A stretch of 64,000 nt of DNA from Vicinamibacteria bacterium (GCA_963668695.2 CAXXLQ010000004.1:736001-800000), one strand, 5' to 3'. Positions 1 through 9,452 are shown, counted from the first letter of the stretch. Notes: generated by a model from the sequence alone, not told the origin. Numbers and translations are program-made.

Positions 1-865
1 CGAACCGGTGTGGCCGATCGAGGAACGCCCCATGCCGGCTTCGGCGGTGCCGGATGAGCGCACCGCACCGACCCAGCCCTTTCCCACCAAGCCACCTCCC
101 TTCCAGCGGCAGGGCGTCAGCGAAGACGACCTGCTCGACCTCACTCCGGAACTGAAGGAAGAGGCGCTCCGGATCGCGACGTTCTACACGCTCGGTCCCC
201 TGTTCACTCCTCCGACGGTGATGGAGCCCCGGGGCAACCGGGGGACGCTGACGGTGCCGGGAGCGCTCGGCGGGGCTAACTGGCCGAGCGTGGCCGCCGA
301 CCCCGAAACCGGCGTGGTCTACGTGTCGTCGGGTCTGGACGTGAACGTGCTCGGGCTCGAGAACGACCCGGAGCGTTCGACCATGAACTTCGTGCAGGGG
401 CAGCGCCGCGACATTCGACTCCCCGAGGGGGGCGGCCCGCAGGGGCTGCCGCTGTTGAAGCCGCCCTGGGGACTCATCACCGCCCTCGACCTGAACCGCG
501 GCGAAATCCTCTGGCAGATCCCGAACAGCGATACGCCCAAGTGGGTCCGGGAGCACCCGGCGCTCGCCGGGGTCGAGTTGGGCCGGACCGGCCAGTCCGA
601 CCGGGGCGGGCTGCTGGTGACGAAGACGCTCCTGTTCGCCGGGGAGGGCTCCGGGATGTTCGCCGCGTTCGGCACCGGCGGGCCCATGTTCCGCGCCCAC
701 GACAAGGCGACGGGGGAGATCCTCTGGGAGTTCGAGTTGCCGGCGAACCAGTCCGGCACTCCCATGAGTTACCTGGCGGACGGGCGGCAGTTCATCGTGG
801 TCGCCGTAGGCGCTCCGGGCCACCCGGGAGAGTTCGTCGCCCTGGCCCTTCCAGAAAACGAATAG
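1..865 (+). CDS. PQQ-dependent quinoprotein glucose dehydrogenase family protein, C-terminal part (5' end outside window)
   Basis: Open frame from window edge; motifs PTQPFPTKPPPF, GGANW..AADPETG, KPPWG.ITALDL..GEILW, FRAHDKATGEILWE, GTPMSY..DGRQFIVVA typical of Gcd-like PQQ beta-propellers. Confidence 0.9.
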   Translation, partial: EPVWPIEERPMPASAVPDERTAPTQPFPTKPPPFQRQGVSEDDLLDLTPELKEEALRIATFYTLGPLFTPPTVMEPRGNRGTLTVPGALGGANWPSVAADPETGVVYVSSGLDVNVLGLENDPERSTMNFVQGQRRDIRLPEGGGPQGLPLLKPPWGLITALDLNRGEILWQIPNSDTPKWVREHPALAGVELGRTGQSDRGGLLVTKTLLFAGEGSGMFAAFGTGGPMFRAHDKATGEILWEFELPANQSGTPMSYLADGRQFIVVAVGAPGHPGEFVALALPENE

Positions 866-877
866 AGAGGACTCCCC

Positions 878-1267
878 ATGAAGACCGTGCTGGCCCAGCA
901 CCGGGAAACGGCGCACGCGCTGCTGCGGATCGTGGGCGGCTTCTTGTTCCTCTGCCACGGGGTGGTGGCGGTCTACTTCCTGCTCGGCGAGGGAACCCCG
1001 TACTCGCCGGCGTGGCTCTACAACACCGCCGGGATCGTCGAGTTCGTCACCGGCGCGCTGGTCCTCGTCGGATATCGCACCCGGATCGCGGCGCTGCTCG
1101 CATCGGGGCAGATGGCGGTCGCCTACTTCTACCGCCACCAGCCCGACGGACTCTTGCCGATCCAGAACGACGGCGAACTGGCGGCGCTCTTCTGCTTCCT
1201 CTTCCTGTTCCTCGCCGCCGCCGGCCCCGGAAAGTGGAGCATCGAATCCTGCTGCCCGCCGCGCTAG
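878..1267 (+). CDS. DoxX family membrane protein
   Basis: LLRIVGGFLFLCHG, G.RTRIAALLASGQMAVAYF..HQP, PIQNDGELA, GPGKWSI; SD GAGGA upstream. Confidence 0.9.
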   Translation: MKTVLAQHRETAHALLRIVGGFLFLCHGVVAVYFLLGEGTPYSPAWLYNTAGIVEFVTGALVLVGYRTRIAALLASGQMAVAYFYRHQPDGLLPIQNDGELAALFCFLFLFLAAAGPGKWSIESCCPPR

Positions 1268-1350
1268 GGAGCAGCGACCACAACATACTCTCGCCCCCAC
1301 TGGCGCTTGGCACGGAAACGGCGCGTCCCGACCGCCGACGCCTGGTTGGC

Positions 1351-2076
1351 CTAGTAGACCAGGTTCGCTCCAAAGTCCGGAATGCCCCCGGCGCGGGCGA
1401 TTCTGGTCCATTCGGTCAGACGACCTCTGTCCATTTCCCAGAACTGCCGGCAGTCCTCAAAGAATCGCACCACGGCCGCAATCTCTCCCTCCTCCAGCAG
1501 GTCCTTGGCCAGCGACATATTCGGACCGAACGAACTCCTTGTCGGAGAGCCCGGCGCCTTTCCGGCCAGACGCAAGTGCCTCTTGGCCGCGTCGATGTCG
1601 CCGTCGCGAACTGCGATTCGGCCAAACACCACATTGAGATCCTCGATCGCGTCTTCGCTCCCAAACTCTTGGTAGTACGGAGCGATCTCGGCGAGTTCTT
1701 GCGCATAGGCCCGCGCAAGCTCCAGCTCGCCCTGATCCACGAGGTCCTTGGCGGCGGGGCCCAGGTGCGCAAATCTCTCCCAGGGTGTCTGGGCGTGAGC
1801 GAGGGATTGCAGCGGGGAAAGAAAGTCGACCTCGGCTGCCAGAGGCCATTCCATCCCGGGGGAAGCGCCGCCCGCGGTTCCTCCCCGGCCGGCGGTCAAC
1901 CTGGCACCGCCCGCCGAGGCGCCGAACAGAGAGGCACCCCACGCCGCCGCCATGACGACAAACGCCGTCGCCAGAGCCCAAACAGCGTAGCGAAGGCGGC
2001 GCACTTGGGCATTCAGGGCGTCGGCACGGACCCGCGGCGCTTCCAGAGTGTCCGTTGAACCTCGGTTCGTTTCCAT
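1351..2076 (-). CDS. Membrane-anchored hypothetical protein with TPR-like helical C-terminal domain
   Basis: One TM segment; C-terminus GRIAVRDGDIDAAKRHL...SFGPNMSLAKDLLE...IPDFGANLVY resembles a conserved helical-repeat family. Confidence 0.65.
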   Translation of the reverse strand: METNRGSTDTLEAPRVRADALNAQVRRLRYAVWALATAFVVMAAAWGASLFGASAGGARLTAGRGGTAGGASPGMEWPLAAEVDFLSPLQSLAHAQTPWERFAHLGPAAKDLVDQGELELARAYAQELAEIAPYYQEFGSEDAIEDLNVVFGRIAVRDGDIDAAKRHLRLAGKAPGSPTRSSFGPNMSLAKDLLEEGEIAAVVRFFEDCRQFWEMDRGRLTEWTRIARAGGIPDFGANLVY

Positions 2077-2172
2077 CGCTGCACGCCGGCAAGCCGCAGC
2101 CTACCGTGACTTCCGTCGTGCATTGAGGAAATCCGGCGACGGGAGATAATCCCGCCGCGCAGGAGGGAAGCG

Positions 2173-2430
2173 ATGCGGAAGAAAACGAATCGAGCGGGCC
2201 GCGAGAGCCGCGGGCGGTTCGGAATCCGAGCGCGACCGGACAGGATGGGCGGCAACCAGCCGGTGGGAAACCCGCCGGTGATCGCAGTGACCCAGCACGA
2301 TGCCGAGGCGCGTTTCCGGGCACTCGCCGCGCGCGCGGCGGTAAGCGACGGACTCGCGGCACGGGAACGCCTCGACCGGACGTTCGCTGCCGATGACGCA
2401 GAGGGCGCATCTTCGAAGGGGCCGGCATGA
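2173..2430 (+). pseudogene. Degenerate orphan antitoxin-like ORF (HicB/CopG-type small antitoxin C-terminus)
   Basis: IAVTQHDAEARFRALAAR...GLAARERLD resembles the C-terminus of small RHH antitoxins; N-terminal half divergent; ATGA-coupled to the next gene. Confidence 0.45.
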
Positions 2431-2996
2431 CCCGTGACGATGCCTGGGCGCAGCTGACCACCTGGTGCGAGACGGACTCGCTCCGCAAGCACGCGCGGGC
2501 GGTGGAAGTCGTGATGCGGGCCGCGGCGGGCCGTTACGGCGGCCCCGACGCGGACCCCGAGGTCTGGGGCGTCGCCGGAATGCTCCACGACGCCGACTAC
2601 GAGAAGTGGCCGGAGGACCATCCGCAACGCATCGTCGCCTGGCTGCGCGAGCGCGGCGAGGAGGAACTCGCCTACGCGATCTCCGGGCACTACACCAAGT
2701 GGGGCGTAGAGCTGAAGGCGCCGATGGACAGGGCGCTTCTCGCCTGCGACGAGCTCACCGGGTTCATCGTCGCGTGCTGCCTGGTCCGTCCCGAGGGGGT
2801 CTCCACTCTGGGCGCCCGAAGCGTCAAGAAGAAGCTGAAGGACAAGGCGTTCGCGGCAAAGGTGGAGCGCCACGAGTGCCGCGTCGGCGCCGAGTTGCTC
2901 GGAGTGGACCTCGGCGAACACATCGAGTTCATCGTGGGCGCTCTCCGTCCCCACGCCGACGAACTCGGGATCACCGGGCGCCGGCTCCATCCCTAA
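2427..2996 (+). CDS. HD-domain metal-dependent phosphohydrolase (COG2316-like)
   Basis: SLRKHA.AVE, GMLHDADYE, ACDELTGF, SVKKKLKDKAFAAKV.R. Confidence 0.9.
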   Translation: MTRDDAWAQLTTWCETDSLRKHARAVEVVMRAAAGRYGGPDADPEVWGVAGMLHDADYEKWPEDHPQRIVAWLRERGEEELAYAISGHYTKWGVELKAPMDRALLACDELTGFIVACCLVRPEGVSTLGARSVKKKLKDKAFAAKVERHECRVGAELLGVDLGEHIEFIVGALRPHADELGITGRRLHP

Positions 2997-3013
2997 TCCC
3001 GGGGAGGTAGGAA

Positions 3014-4021
3014 ATGTTGGGCAAGGCTCTGCGCCCCGCCATCGCGCTGGCTCTATTGGGGATTGCGGCCCCGGCCGCCCCCGAATCCCCAAAACCCCGT
3101 CGTCCCGTCCACACCTATTCCATCGTGGCCCGGGACCCTGCCACCGGCCAGCTCGGAGTGGCCGTTCAGAGTCACTGGTTTTCGGTCGGCTCCATCGTCT
3201 CCTGGGCGGAATCGGGGGTGGGGGCGGTAGCCACCCAGTCCTTCGTGGATCCCGCTTACGGGCCGAAGGGCCTCGAAGCCATGCGGAATGGGGAATCGGC
3301 GCCCGACGCGCTCGCAGCGCTGTTGGCGGCGGACGAAGGCCGTGAGGTTCGTCAGGTGGCGATGATCGACGCCCAGGGACGGGTGGACGCCTGGACCGGC
3401 GGCAACTGCATTCCCGCCGCCGGCCACCAGGTCGGCGAGAACTTCTCCGTGCAGGCGAACCTCATGGGGAGCGAATCGGTCTGGCCCGCCATGGCCCGGG
3501 CATTCGGAAACAGCGACGGCGATCTCGCCGAGAAGCTCCTCCGGGCGATGGAAGCGGCAGAGGCGGAAGGCGGGGACATCCGCGGCCGGCAGTCGGCGGC
3601 CATCCTGGTGGTCCGCGGGGAGCCGAGCGGCGAACCGTGGAACGACCGGCTGTTCGACCTGCGGGTGGATGACCACGAAAACCCGCTGGGGGAGCTACGC
3701 CGCCTCGTGACGCTCCAGCGGGCGTACCAGCACATGAACGCCGGGGATGTGGCGATGGAGGTGGGCGACCGCGAGGCCGCGCTTCGCGAGTACGGCGCGG
3801 CGGGGGCGCTGGTCCCCGATCACTACGAAATGACCTTCTGGCACGCGGTGGCGCTCGTGAACATGGAACAGGTGGAGGAAGCGCTCCCCCTCTTTGCGTT
3901 CGCGTTCAGTGACGAGAACGACTGGCGCGAACTCGTGCGCAGGCTTCCGGCGGTGGGTCTGCTGCCCGACGACCCCGCTCTCATCGAGCGCATCGTCGCG
4001 GTTCCGGCCGCCGGCCGTTGA
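3014..4021 (+). CDS. DUF1028 Ntn-hydrolase family protein with signal peptide and C-terminal TPR-like region
   Basis: HTYSIVARDPATGQLGVAVQSHWF, GAVATQS, GGDIRGRQSAA, DLRVDDH; SD GGAGGT. Confidence 0.9.
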   Translation: MLGKALRPAIALALLGIAAPAAPESPKPRRPVHTYSIVARDPATGQLGVAVQSHWFSVGSIVSWAESGVGAVATQSFVDPAYGPKGLEAMRNGESAPDALAALLAADEGREVRQVAMIDAQGRVDAWTGGNCIPAAGHQVGENFSVQANLMGSESVWPAMARAFGNSDGDLAEKLLRAMEAAEAEGGDIRGRQSAAILVVRGEPSGEPWNDRLFDLRVDDHENPLGELRRLVTLQRAYQHMNAGDVAMEVGDREAALREYGAAGALVPDHYEMTFWHAVALVNMEQVEEALPLFAFAFSDENDWRELVRRLPAVGLLPDDPALIERIVAVPAAGR

Positions 4022-4092
4022 CAATCTTCGGCACCCCTGAGCCGTTGCGGTCGGCTTTGCCCCGGCGTCGCGGCTATCCATCGCATCCTGAA

Positions 4093-4289
4093 CAGCCTGT
4101 GGTGAAACCCAGGCGGCCCAGTTCTCCCGGTGGGGGCTCGGCCGGCGATCCATCCCGGCGGAACCGCGTCGCTGCGCGCCGCTCATCGTTGCGTTTCGGT
4201 CGAAATACACTGGGTATTCCTCCCTCACGCGCCTTGTCAGCCGGGCGCCTCACCGCCCTCGGCGCTCACCCGGGTTCCACCACAGACTG
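4093..4289 (+). mobile_element. MITE-like element copy 1
   Basis: Terminal IRs CAGCCTGTGGTGAAACCC / GGGTTCCACCACAGACTG; shared core GCGTTTCGGTCGAAATACAC...CGCGCCTTGTCAGCCGG. Confidence 0.85.
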
Positions 4290-4333
4290 CTAACTACATA
4301 CGCACTACAATTGGGATCTGAAACGAGAGCGGC

Positions 4334-4633
4334 ATGGCGATCAACCTGACCCACCGGCCGGATCTTGAGGAACGGATCGAAAAGCTGGCTTCCCGCCTTG
4401 GCATGGACAGGCGGGGACGCAAGACCGCCGTGATCGAGAAGGCTCTCACGGCGCTTGAGCAACAGGCCCCCCGGATGAGCCCGGAGGCGATCCTTGCTTC
4501 GCTCCGAAAATACGAGGGTAGCGGGGCTCTCATCGCCGCCGAACTGGCTGACGACCCGGAACTGGATCACAGCAAACCAATGTCCCAGGCGCTCCAGGAT
4601 GTTCTCTATGACGAACATGGTCTGCCCAAGTGA
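4334..4633 (+). CDS. vapB: Type II TA antitoxin, VapB (Rv0623-like)
   Basis: Small protein ending LYDEHGLPK, GTGA overlap with PIN toxin gene. Confidence 0.85.
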   Translation: MAINLTHRPDLEERIEKLASRLGMDRRGRKTAVIEKALTALEQQAPRMSPEAILASLRKYEGSGALIAAELADDPELDHSKPMSQALQDVLYDEHGLPK

Positions 4634-5031
4634 TCGTTCTGGACACATCGGCAATCCTCGCAATCCTCCAGGAAGAACCGGAACGCGACAGGTTTCAGTT
4701 AGCGATTGCTCGGGCTGGAAACGCGCTGATCTCGACGGGCACCATCATCGAACTGGCGGCCGTCGCAGGCCGGTCCTCTGTCCTGCGTAGCCGAGCGGAA
4801 AACTTCCTGAAGGAGCCGTTCGTGACTCAGGAACCGGTCACGGCTGCGCAAGCCGCGATGGCCGCCGACGCGTTCCAGGCGTGGGGGAAGGGCCACCACC
4901 CGGCAGCCCTGAACCTCGGCGACATGTTCGCCTACGTGCTGGCCCGCGAACGGGACCTGCCCCTGCTGTTCAAGGGGAACGATTTCGCGCGCACCGACGT
5001 GCGGAACGCGCTCGCGGAACCTTCGTCCTGA
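4630..5031 (+). CDS. vapC: Type II TA toxin, VapC PIN ribonuclease (VapC30-like)
   Basis: MIVLDTSAILAIL..EPE, WGKGHHPAALNLGDMFAY.LA, PLLFKGNDFARTD. Confidence 0.95.
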   Translation: MIVLDTSAILAILQEEPERDRFQLAIARAGNALISTGTIIELAAVAGRSSVLRSRAENFLKEPFVTQEPVTAAQAAMAADAFQAWGKGHHPAALNLGDMFAYVLARERDLPLLFKGNDFARTDVRNALAEPSS

Positions 5032-5048
5032 GGGGCGGGAGGACGCCG

Positions 5049-5537
5049 ATGAAGATGTTTCCATGGATCGCCGCCGTCACGGCGGCGGGCATTGCTCTTG
5101 GAGGGACAGCGATGACAAAGGGACAGCCGGCGGGAGACGACCCAGTTTCCCGGCACCTGGTGGCCGAAGCCATGCTCACCGCGCACTTCGTGAACGCCGC
5201 GCTCAAGGCAGGGATGGGCCGGGACGCGATCAACGCGGTACTGCGCCGCGTCGCGGACGAAACCGTCGTCACGGAATTCTGGGTCAGCGACGAAAACGGG
5301 GAGATCGCGTTCACCAATGTGGAAGGCGCCGACTTCGCGTTTCCCACCGATCCTGGAGCGGATTCGCAGGCGGCGCCGTTCGCCGCGCTGCTGACCGGCG
5401 ACCAGACCGTGGTGGTGCAAGAACCCGGTCCGCGGCTACTGGACGGCGCGGTCTTCCAGTACGCCGGCGTCGCCGGGGTGGATCAGCCCCGGATCGTGCA
5501 GGTGGGACTCGCGGCAGCGGAACCCGACCAGCGCTGA
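5049..5537 (+). CDS. Secreted stand-alone Cache-like sensor-domain protein
   Basis: Signal peptide, then EFWVSDENGEI.FTN...F..LL.G...VVQ....R.LDG..FQYAGV.GVDQPRIVQVG, similar to extracellular domains of MCPs/kinases; SD GGAGG. Confidence 0.6.
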   Translation: MKMFPWIAAVTAAGIALGGTAMTKGQPAGDDPVSRHLVAEAMLTAHFVNAALKAGMGRDAINAVLRRVADETVVTEFWVSDENGEIAFTNVEGADFAFPTDPGADSQAAPFAALLTGDQTVVVQEPGPRLLDGAVFQYAGVAGVDQPRIVQVGLAAAEPDQR

Positions 5538-5857
5538 CGGCTCAGGAACTCGAGGGCCCGCCGGTCTCCGACCGGCATCGCCGCCCGACTGTCAAGCGAC
5601 AGGACGGCGACAGGCGCAACGCTTTCGCCCGGGGCAAGTGAGCCGGGAGCTGGGGGGATAGCGCCCGAGCTGGCCAGATAAGCCCCGAACTGGGGCCCGG
5701 CTTCAACGCGGTGCGGCGGCCGGAGGCCGCTGGTCTTCGGGAAAGCGCCACCTGAACGGGAACGCCGACCTCTGGCCGGTCCTCCCGATGGGGGCCGACA
5801 TCGCCGCGAGCAGCGCCAAACCGGCGTTCCCTCCCTTCTTCGGAAGCTGCTTTTCCT

Positions 5858-5961
5858 GAGCCATGGTCAAGACGCGGGAGCCATGGTCAAAGCACGGGAG
5901 CCATGGTCAATGGGCCGGAGCCATGGTCAATTCGTCGAATTGATCCCAAAGCAATGGTCCA
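5858..5961. repeat. Direct-repeat array A: 4 x GAGCCATGGTCAA at exact 20-bp period plus one degenerate copy
   Basis: Copies at 5858, 5878, 5898, 5918; degenerate AAGCAATGGTCCA at 5949. Confidence 0.95.
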
Positions 5962-6169
5962 TTGTCGAATCTCGGCGCTTCTGCCCCGAAAGTGGGATCT
6001 CCCGGGTTTCTCGGTGGGATCGGTTGTTTCCGGGCCAAACCGGCCTTTTACGGTCTGGATTCGGTAATTTCGGCCGTTTTCTTCCGGGTTTCAATTCGAG
6101 AACCGGAGACGCGGAGAAACCGGAAACGGCTTTCGAGAAACCCCGGTCCAAGACCCGGCAGGCGCGTGT

Positions 6170-6261
6170 TAGCCATGGTCAATCGGGACTGAGCTCTGGT
6201 CAATCGGGGTAGCCATGGTCATTTCCGGAGCCATGGTCAAACGGGCCTGAGTTCCGGTCGA
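6170..6261. repeat. Direct-repeat array B: same 13-mer, 4-5 copies at 18-21 bp spacing
   Basis: TAGCCATGGTCAA 6170, GAGCTCTGGTCAA 6191, TAGCCATGGTCAT 6210, GAGCCATGGTCAA 6228, degenerate copy 6249. Confidence 0.9.
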
Positions 6262-6349
6262 GGGGCGGGGGTTCGCCGTGCTGACGCAACCCCCACCGGG
6301 AGGACCGGGGCGATGCCGGGGTGCACCGCGGCGTTCCCTGCGCACCCGA

Positions 6350-9193
6350 TCAGAAGCCGATGGAGCCCGTGCGGTCCTTGTCGCGCGACTGGGCGATGAG
6401 TTCGGCCGCGACCTGCTCCGGATCGCCCACGAAGCCGAGCTTCTCGGCCCGCTCGCGCACCAGGGCGAAGTCGGCCGGCACGAGGCGGGCGAGGTTTCGT
6501 ACCGGGGCCGGACATTCACCGCCGAAGAAGAACCCCCAGGCGCGAACGACACGGGGCTCATCCAGGAACTTGAAGGTCGCCCGGAAAAGGAAGCGGCGGG
6601 CCGCCGCAGGGTCGAGGCGATCAGCGAGGTTCGTGGTGAAGGCGTACGGGAGATCGTGGCTCTCGAGTTGGCTCAGCATCTCGTTCACCATGCCGATCTC
6701 CCAGTTGCGGTGGGCGCCGCGCCGATCGGCGAGGAAGGAGTCCGCTTCGTCAACAATCAGAAAGCTGTTGGTCGCACGGGCCTCGGCGAAGGCTCCGGCG
6801 ATCTGCTGCTCGGTCTCTCCGACCCACTTGCTCACGAGTTCCGAAGCGCGCTTCGGCAGGGGATCCAAACCCATGCGCTTCGCGAGTTGTTTCGCATATT
6901 CGGACTTCCCGCTCCCGGAAGGACCGTCGAGAAGGATCCCCAGGCGACAGCGGCCGACCTTCACGATCCGGTCGGTCAGCGCGGCGAGATCGGGGTCGGC
7001 GTGGACCAGGGAGAAGTCGTACCTGTCGGCCGGCTTTGTCTCGGCCGTCCCCTTTCCCCGAAGGAGTTGGGCCTTCTCCTTGACGGCGCGCCGTGCCGCT
7101 TCGGCGCCACCTCCGGAGAGAACGGCCACGAGACCGGCGTTCCGAACCTGGCGCGGCGTGACACGGCGGTCGGCAGCCAGTTCTTCGGCGAAGGCCTCCA
7201 TGTCCGCTGACCCACCGCCCGCGAGCAGATCGCGGAACATGCCGGCGCGCCGCTCGCGCGGAAGGTCGCTGAACTCAAGCGAGTACGTCATCCGGTCCAG
7301 GAAATACGGCAGGTACCGTCGCAATTCCCGAATGGAGTTCGCGGTGAACAGGAGAGGGACCGGGCTGTTTTCCACCAAACCGTTCAGCCAGTGCTTGGCT
7401 TCGCCAAAGACGAAGTCCTCGATCTCGTCGAAGAGGATGACGGCCTCCGGCTCGTCCGTCAGCGCCTCGATCGCGTGCTCCAGGCTCACCCGACGCCGTA
7501 CCGGAAGGCGGGATTCGGGACCATGTTCCCTTCCCCCGACCGAGTAGAGCGTCGCTCCCACTTCGGCGGCCACCGTCCGGCAGAACTCGGTCTTTCCACA
7601 GCCCGGAGGACCGTAGGCCAGGAAAGTAATGCCGCGCCCGTCTTCTCGCCCGTTCCCCCGGGCAGAAAGGGCCGCCGCGAAGAGTTGGCGGAAATCCTCC
7701 GCGGCCGGAGCCAAATGCCCGAACGCCTCCCAGGGAAGGTTCGCCCGCACCGGAGCCCCGAGTCGGGGACGGCGGATGTGCGTCGAGATCGTCCGCTCAT
7801 GGGATTCCGCAAACCGGAAAAGATCGTCCGGGAAACCCTGGACCAAGCGAGTGGAGCGAATGGCGCGTTCGATGATGCCCGGGGGGCACTCCAATTCATC
7901 GGCCAGGCGGAACGCGAGAGGTTCCAACGCTTTCCCCTGGAGACTCGTGACACCCGAGTTCCGAAGCATCCGCCGGACGACAGACCGGCGACGGGTGGGA
8001 CTGTGCGCCTTGAAGTGGATCGTCAGATCGAAGCGACGAAGCAGCGCCTCGTCGAACTTCGACAGATCGTTTCCGGTGAACACGATCGGAACCGCCGCGT
8101 CTTCCAGCAGTCGATGATTCTCCCGTCGGCTCCCGTTTCCGGAAGAAAGCACATCCTCCAGCTCATCGCACAGGATGGCGGCGCCCGGCTCGCTCTTCAG
8201 CAACGCCAGCGCCATTCGCAAGCGGTTTCGCTTGTCGGCCGCACGGTCCATCCGGCGGTCGGTGCGTTCCTCCCGCCACACGCCCGAAGACTCCGGTTCG
8301 CAGAGGTCGTAGAGACGGCCGCCGGAAGCGTGGACCAGAGTCTTCGCAGCCTCGGTCTTGCCGGTTCCCGCCCTGCCGTAAAAGAGCAGGCGCACGCCTT
8401 CCCGTGACGCGAGAGCGGCCGTGAGGAGGCGAACCGCGTCCTCTCGTGCGTCGAGATGGTCGAAGGCGTCGAGTTCCAGCAAAGGCTCCGGCGCCAAGGG
8501 AACCAGCCGCTCCTGGAGTTCCTTTTCGGTGGCGACCGGCGGGCGGTAGACCCGTTCGAACCACCCGTCCACGTAGGCGCCGGGCTCGGCGTCATGCGTG
8601 CCCCAACTCCCGGGATCGGCGATCCCGGCCTCGGTCAGTTCGTGAAGCGCTCGTTCCACCCGCGTTCTCGACAACCCCAGCAGCACCGCGCTCGCCTCCA
8701 ACGGATCGCCGAGGCCGTCCTTCACCGCATCCCACAGGTCCTCGGCCGGCGACCCGCGCTCATCGTAGCGGCGGGCCAGTTCGAGCACCGGGCCGCAGTC
8801 TTCGCCGAGTCTGAAACGGCGAACGGCAAGCGACGTAGCGCGTGTTTCATCCCCCTCGGCGGGAGGGTCGGAGAGGGACCGGTCCAAGACGCCGATCGCC
8901 CATTCCAGGAACTCCTTCGCTTGGGGCAGCGCGGAGACCTTGGGGGCGCTCCGCTGGCCGCACCGCCCGGAGCCTCTCCGGCGGCGGCCGAAGGCAGAAT
9001 GGTCGTCTTCGATCTTGTCGAGCCCCAACTCCTGGAACTTCGGAATGAGAAAACCGGCGTCCATCGCCTGGATTTCGTCCTCGTTGTTCGCTATCCAATC
9101 GATCATCCTGGGCCGGAGAACCTTGTCCTCGGCCGCGCGCTGGAACGCTCCCCGCAGATAGCGACGGGTCAGGAAACGGTCGTACTTCTTCAC
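6350..9193 (-). CDS. AAA+ ATPase with three tandem AAA modules
   Basis: Walker A/B pairs GRAGTGKT/ILCDE, GPPGCGKT/ILFDE, GPSGSGKS/LIVDE; SKWVGETEQ pore loop; TTN...LDPAAARRF; C-terminal IGF; likely GTG start at 9193 after AAGGAG. Confidence 0.9.
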   Translation of the reverse strand: MKKYDRFLTRRYLRGAFQRAAEDKVLRPRMIDWIANNEDEIQAMDAGFLIPKFQELGLDKIEDDHSAFGRRRRGSGRCGQRSAPKVSALPQAKEFLEWAIGVLDRSLSDPPAEGDETRATSLAVRRFRLGEDCGPVLELARRYDERGSPAEDLWDAVKDGLGDPLEASAVLLGLSRTRVERALHELTEAGIADPGSWGTHDAEPGAYVDGWFERVYRPPVATEKELQERLVPLAPEPLLELDAFDHLDAREDAVRLLTAALASREGVRLLFYGRAGTGKTEAAKTLVHASGGRLYDLCEPESSGVWREERTDRRMDRAADKRNRLRMALALLKSEPGAAILCDELEDVLSSGNGSRRENHRLLEDAAVPIVFTGNDLSKFDEALLRRFDLTIHFKAHSPTRRRSVVRRMLRNSGVTSLQGKALEPLAFRLADELECPPGIIERAIRSTRLVQGFPDDLFRFAESHERTISTHIRRPRLGAPVRANLPWEAFGHLAPAAEDFRQLFAAALSARGNGREDGRGITFLAYGPPGCGKTEFCRTVAAEVGATLYSVGGREHGPESRLPVRRRVSLEHAIEALTDEPEAVILFDEIEDFVFGEAKHWLNGLVENSPVPLLFTANSIRELRRYLPYFLDRMTYSLEFSDLPRERRAGMFRDLLAGGGSADMEAFAEELAADRRVTPRQVRNAGLVAVLSGGGAEAARRAVKEKAQLLRGKGTAETKPADRYDFSLVHADPDLAALTDRIVKVGRCRLGILLDGPSGSGKSEYAKQLAKRMGLDPLPKRASELVSKWVGETEQQIAGAFAEARATNSFLIVDEADSFLADRRGAHRNWEIGMVNEMLSQLESHDLPYAFTTNLADRLDPAAARRFLFRATFKFLDEPRVVRAWGFFFGGECPAPVRNLARLVPADFALVRERAEKLGFVGDPEQVAAELIAQSRDKDRTGSIGF

Positions 9194-9452
9194 TGGCGCT
9201 CCACTCCTTTGCGATAGGAGGGAGGCTATCTGGGCGAATTGACATTTCCTGTCACCTTCGCCAACGTCTCGCCCGGCATGCAATTGTCGGGGATCTGCGT
9301 CGCACAACGAGCGGCGGCCAGCGCCGCCAAACAGGGCTGCGGACCCTGCGGTTCACTGCACTGTCGCACAGCGGTGCCGGTGTGAACACCGGCGTTCCCT
9401 CTCAGACGGCCCTATCTGCGCGGCTTGATGGCACGGGCCGGCAGCGTCAGCC

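Noticed and set aside
5858-6261. CRISPR array
   Set aside because: Repeats are 13 bp and spacers about 7 bp, far below CRISPR sizes; no cas genes in the window.
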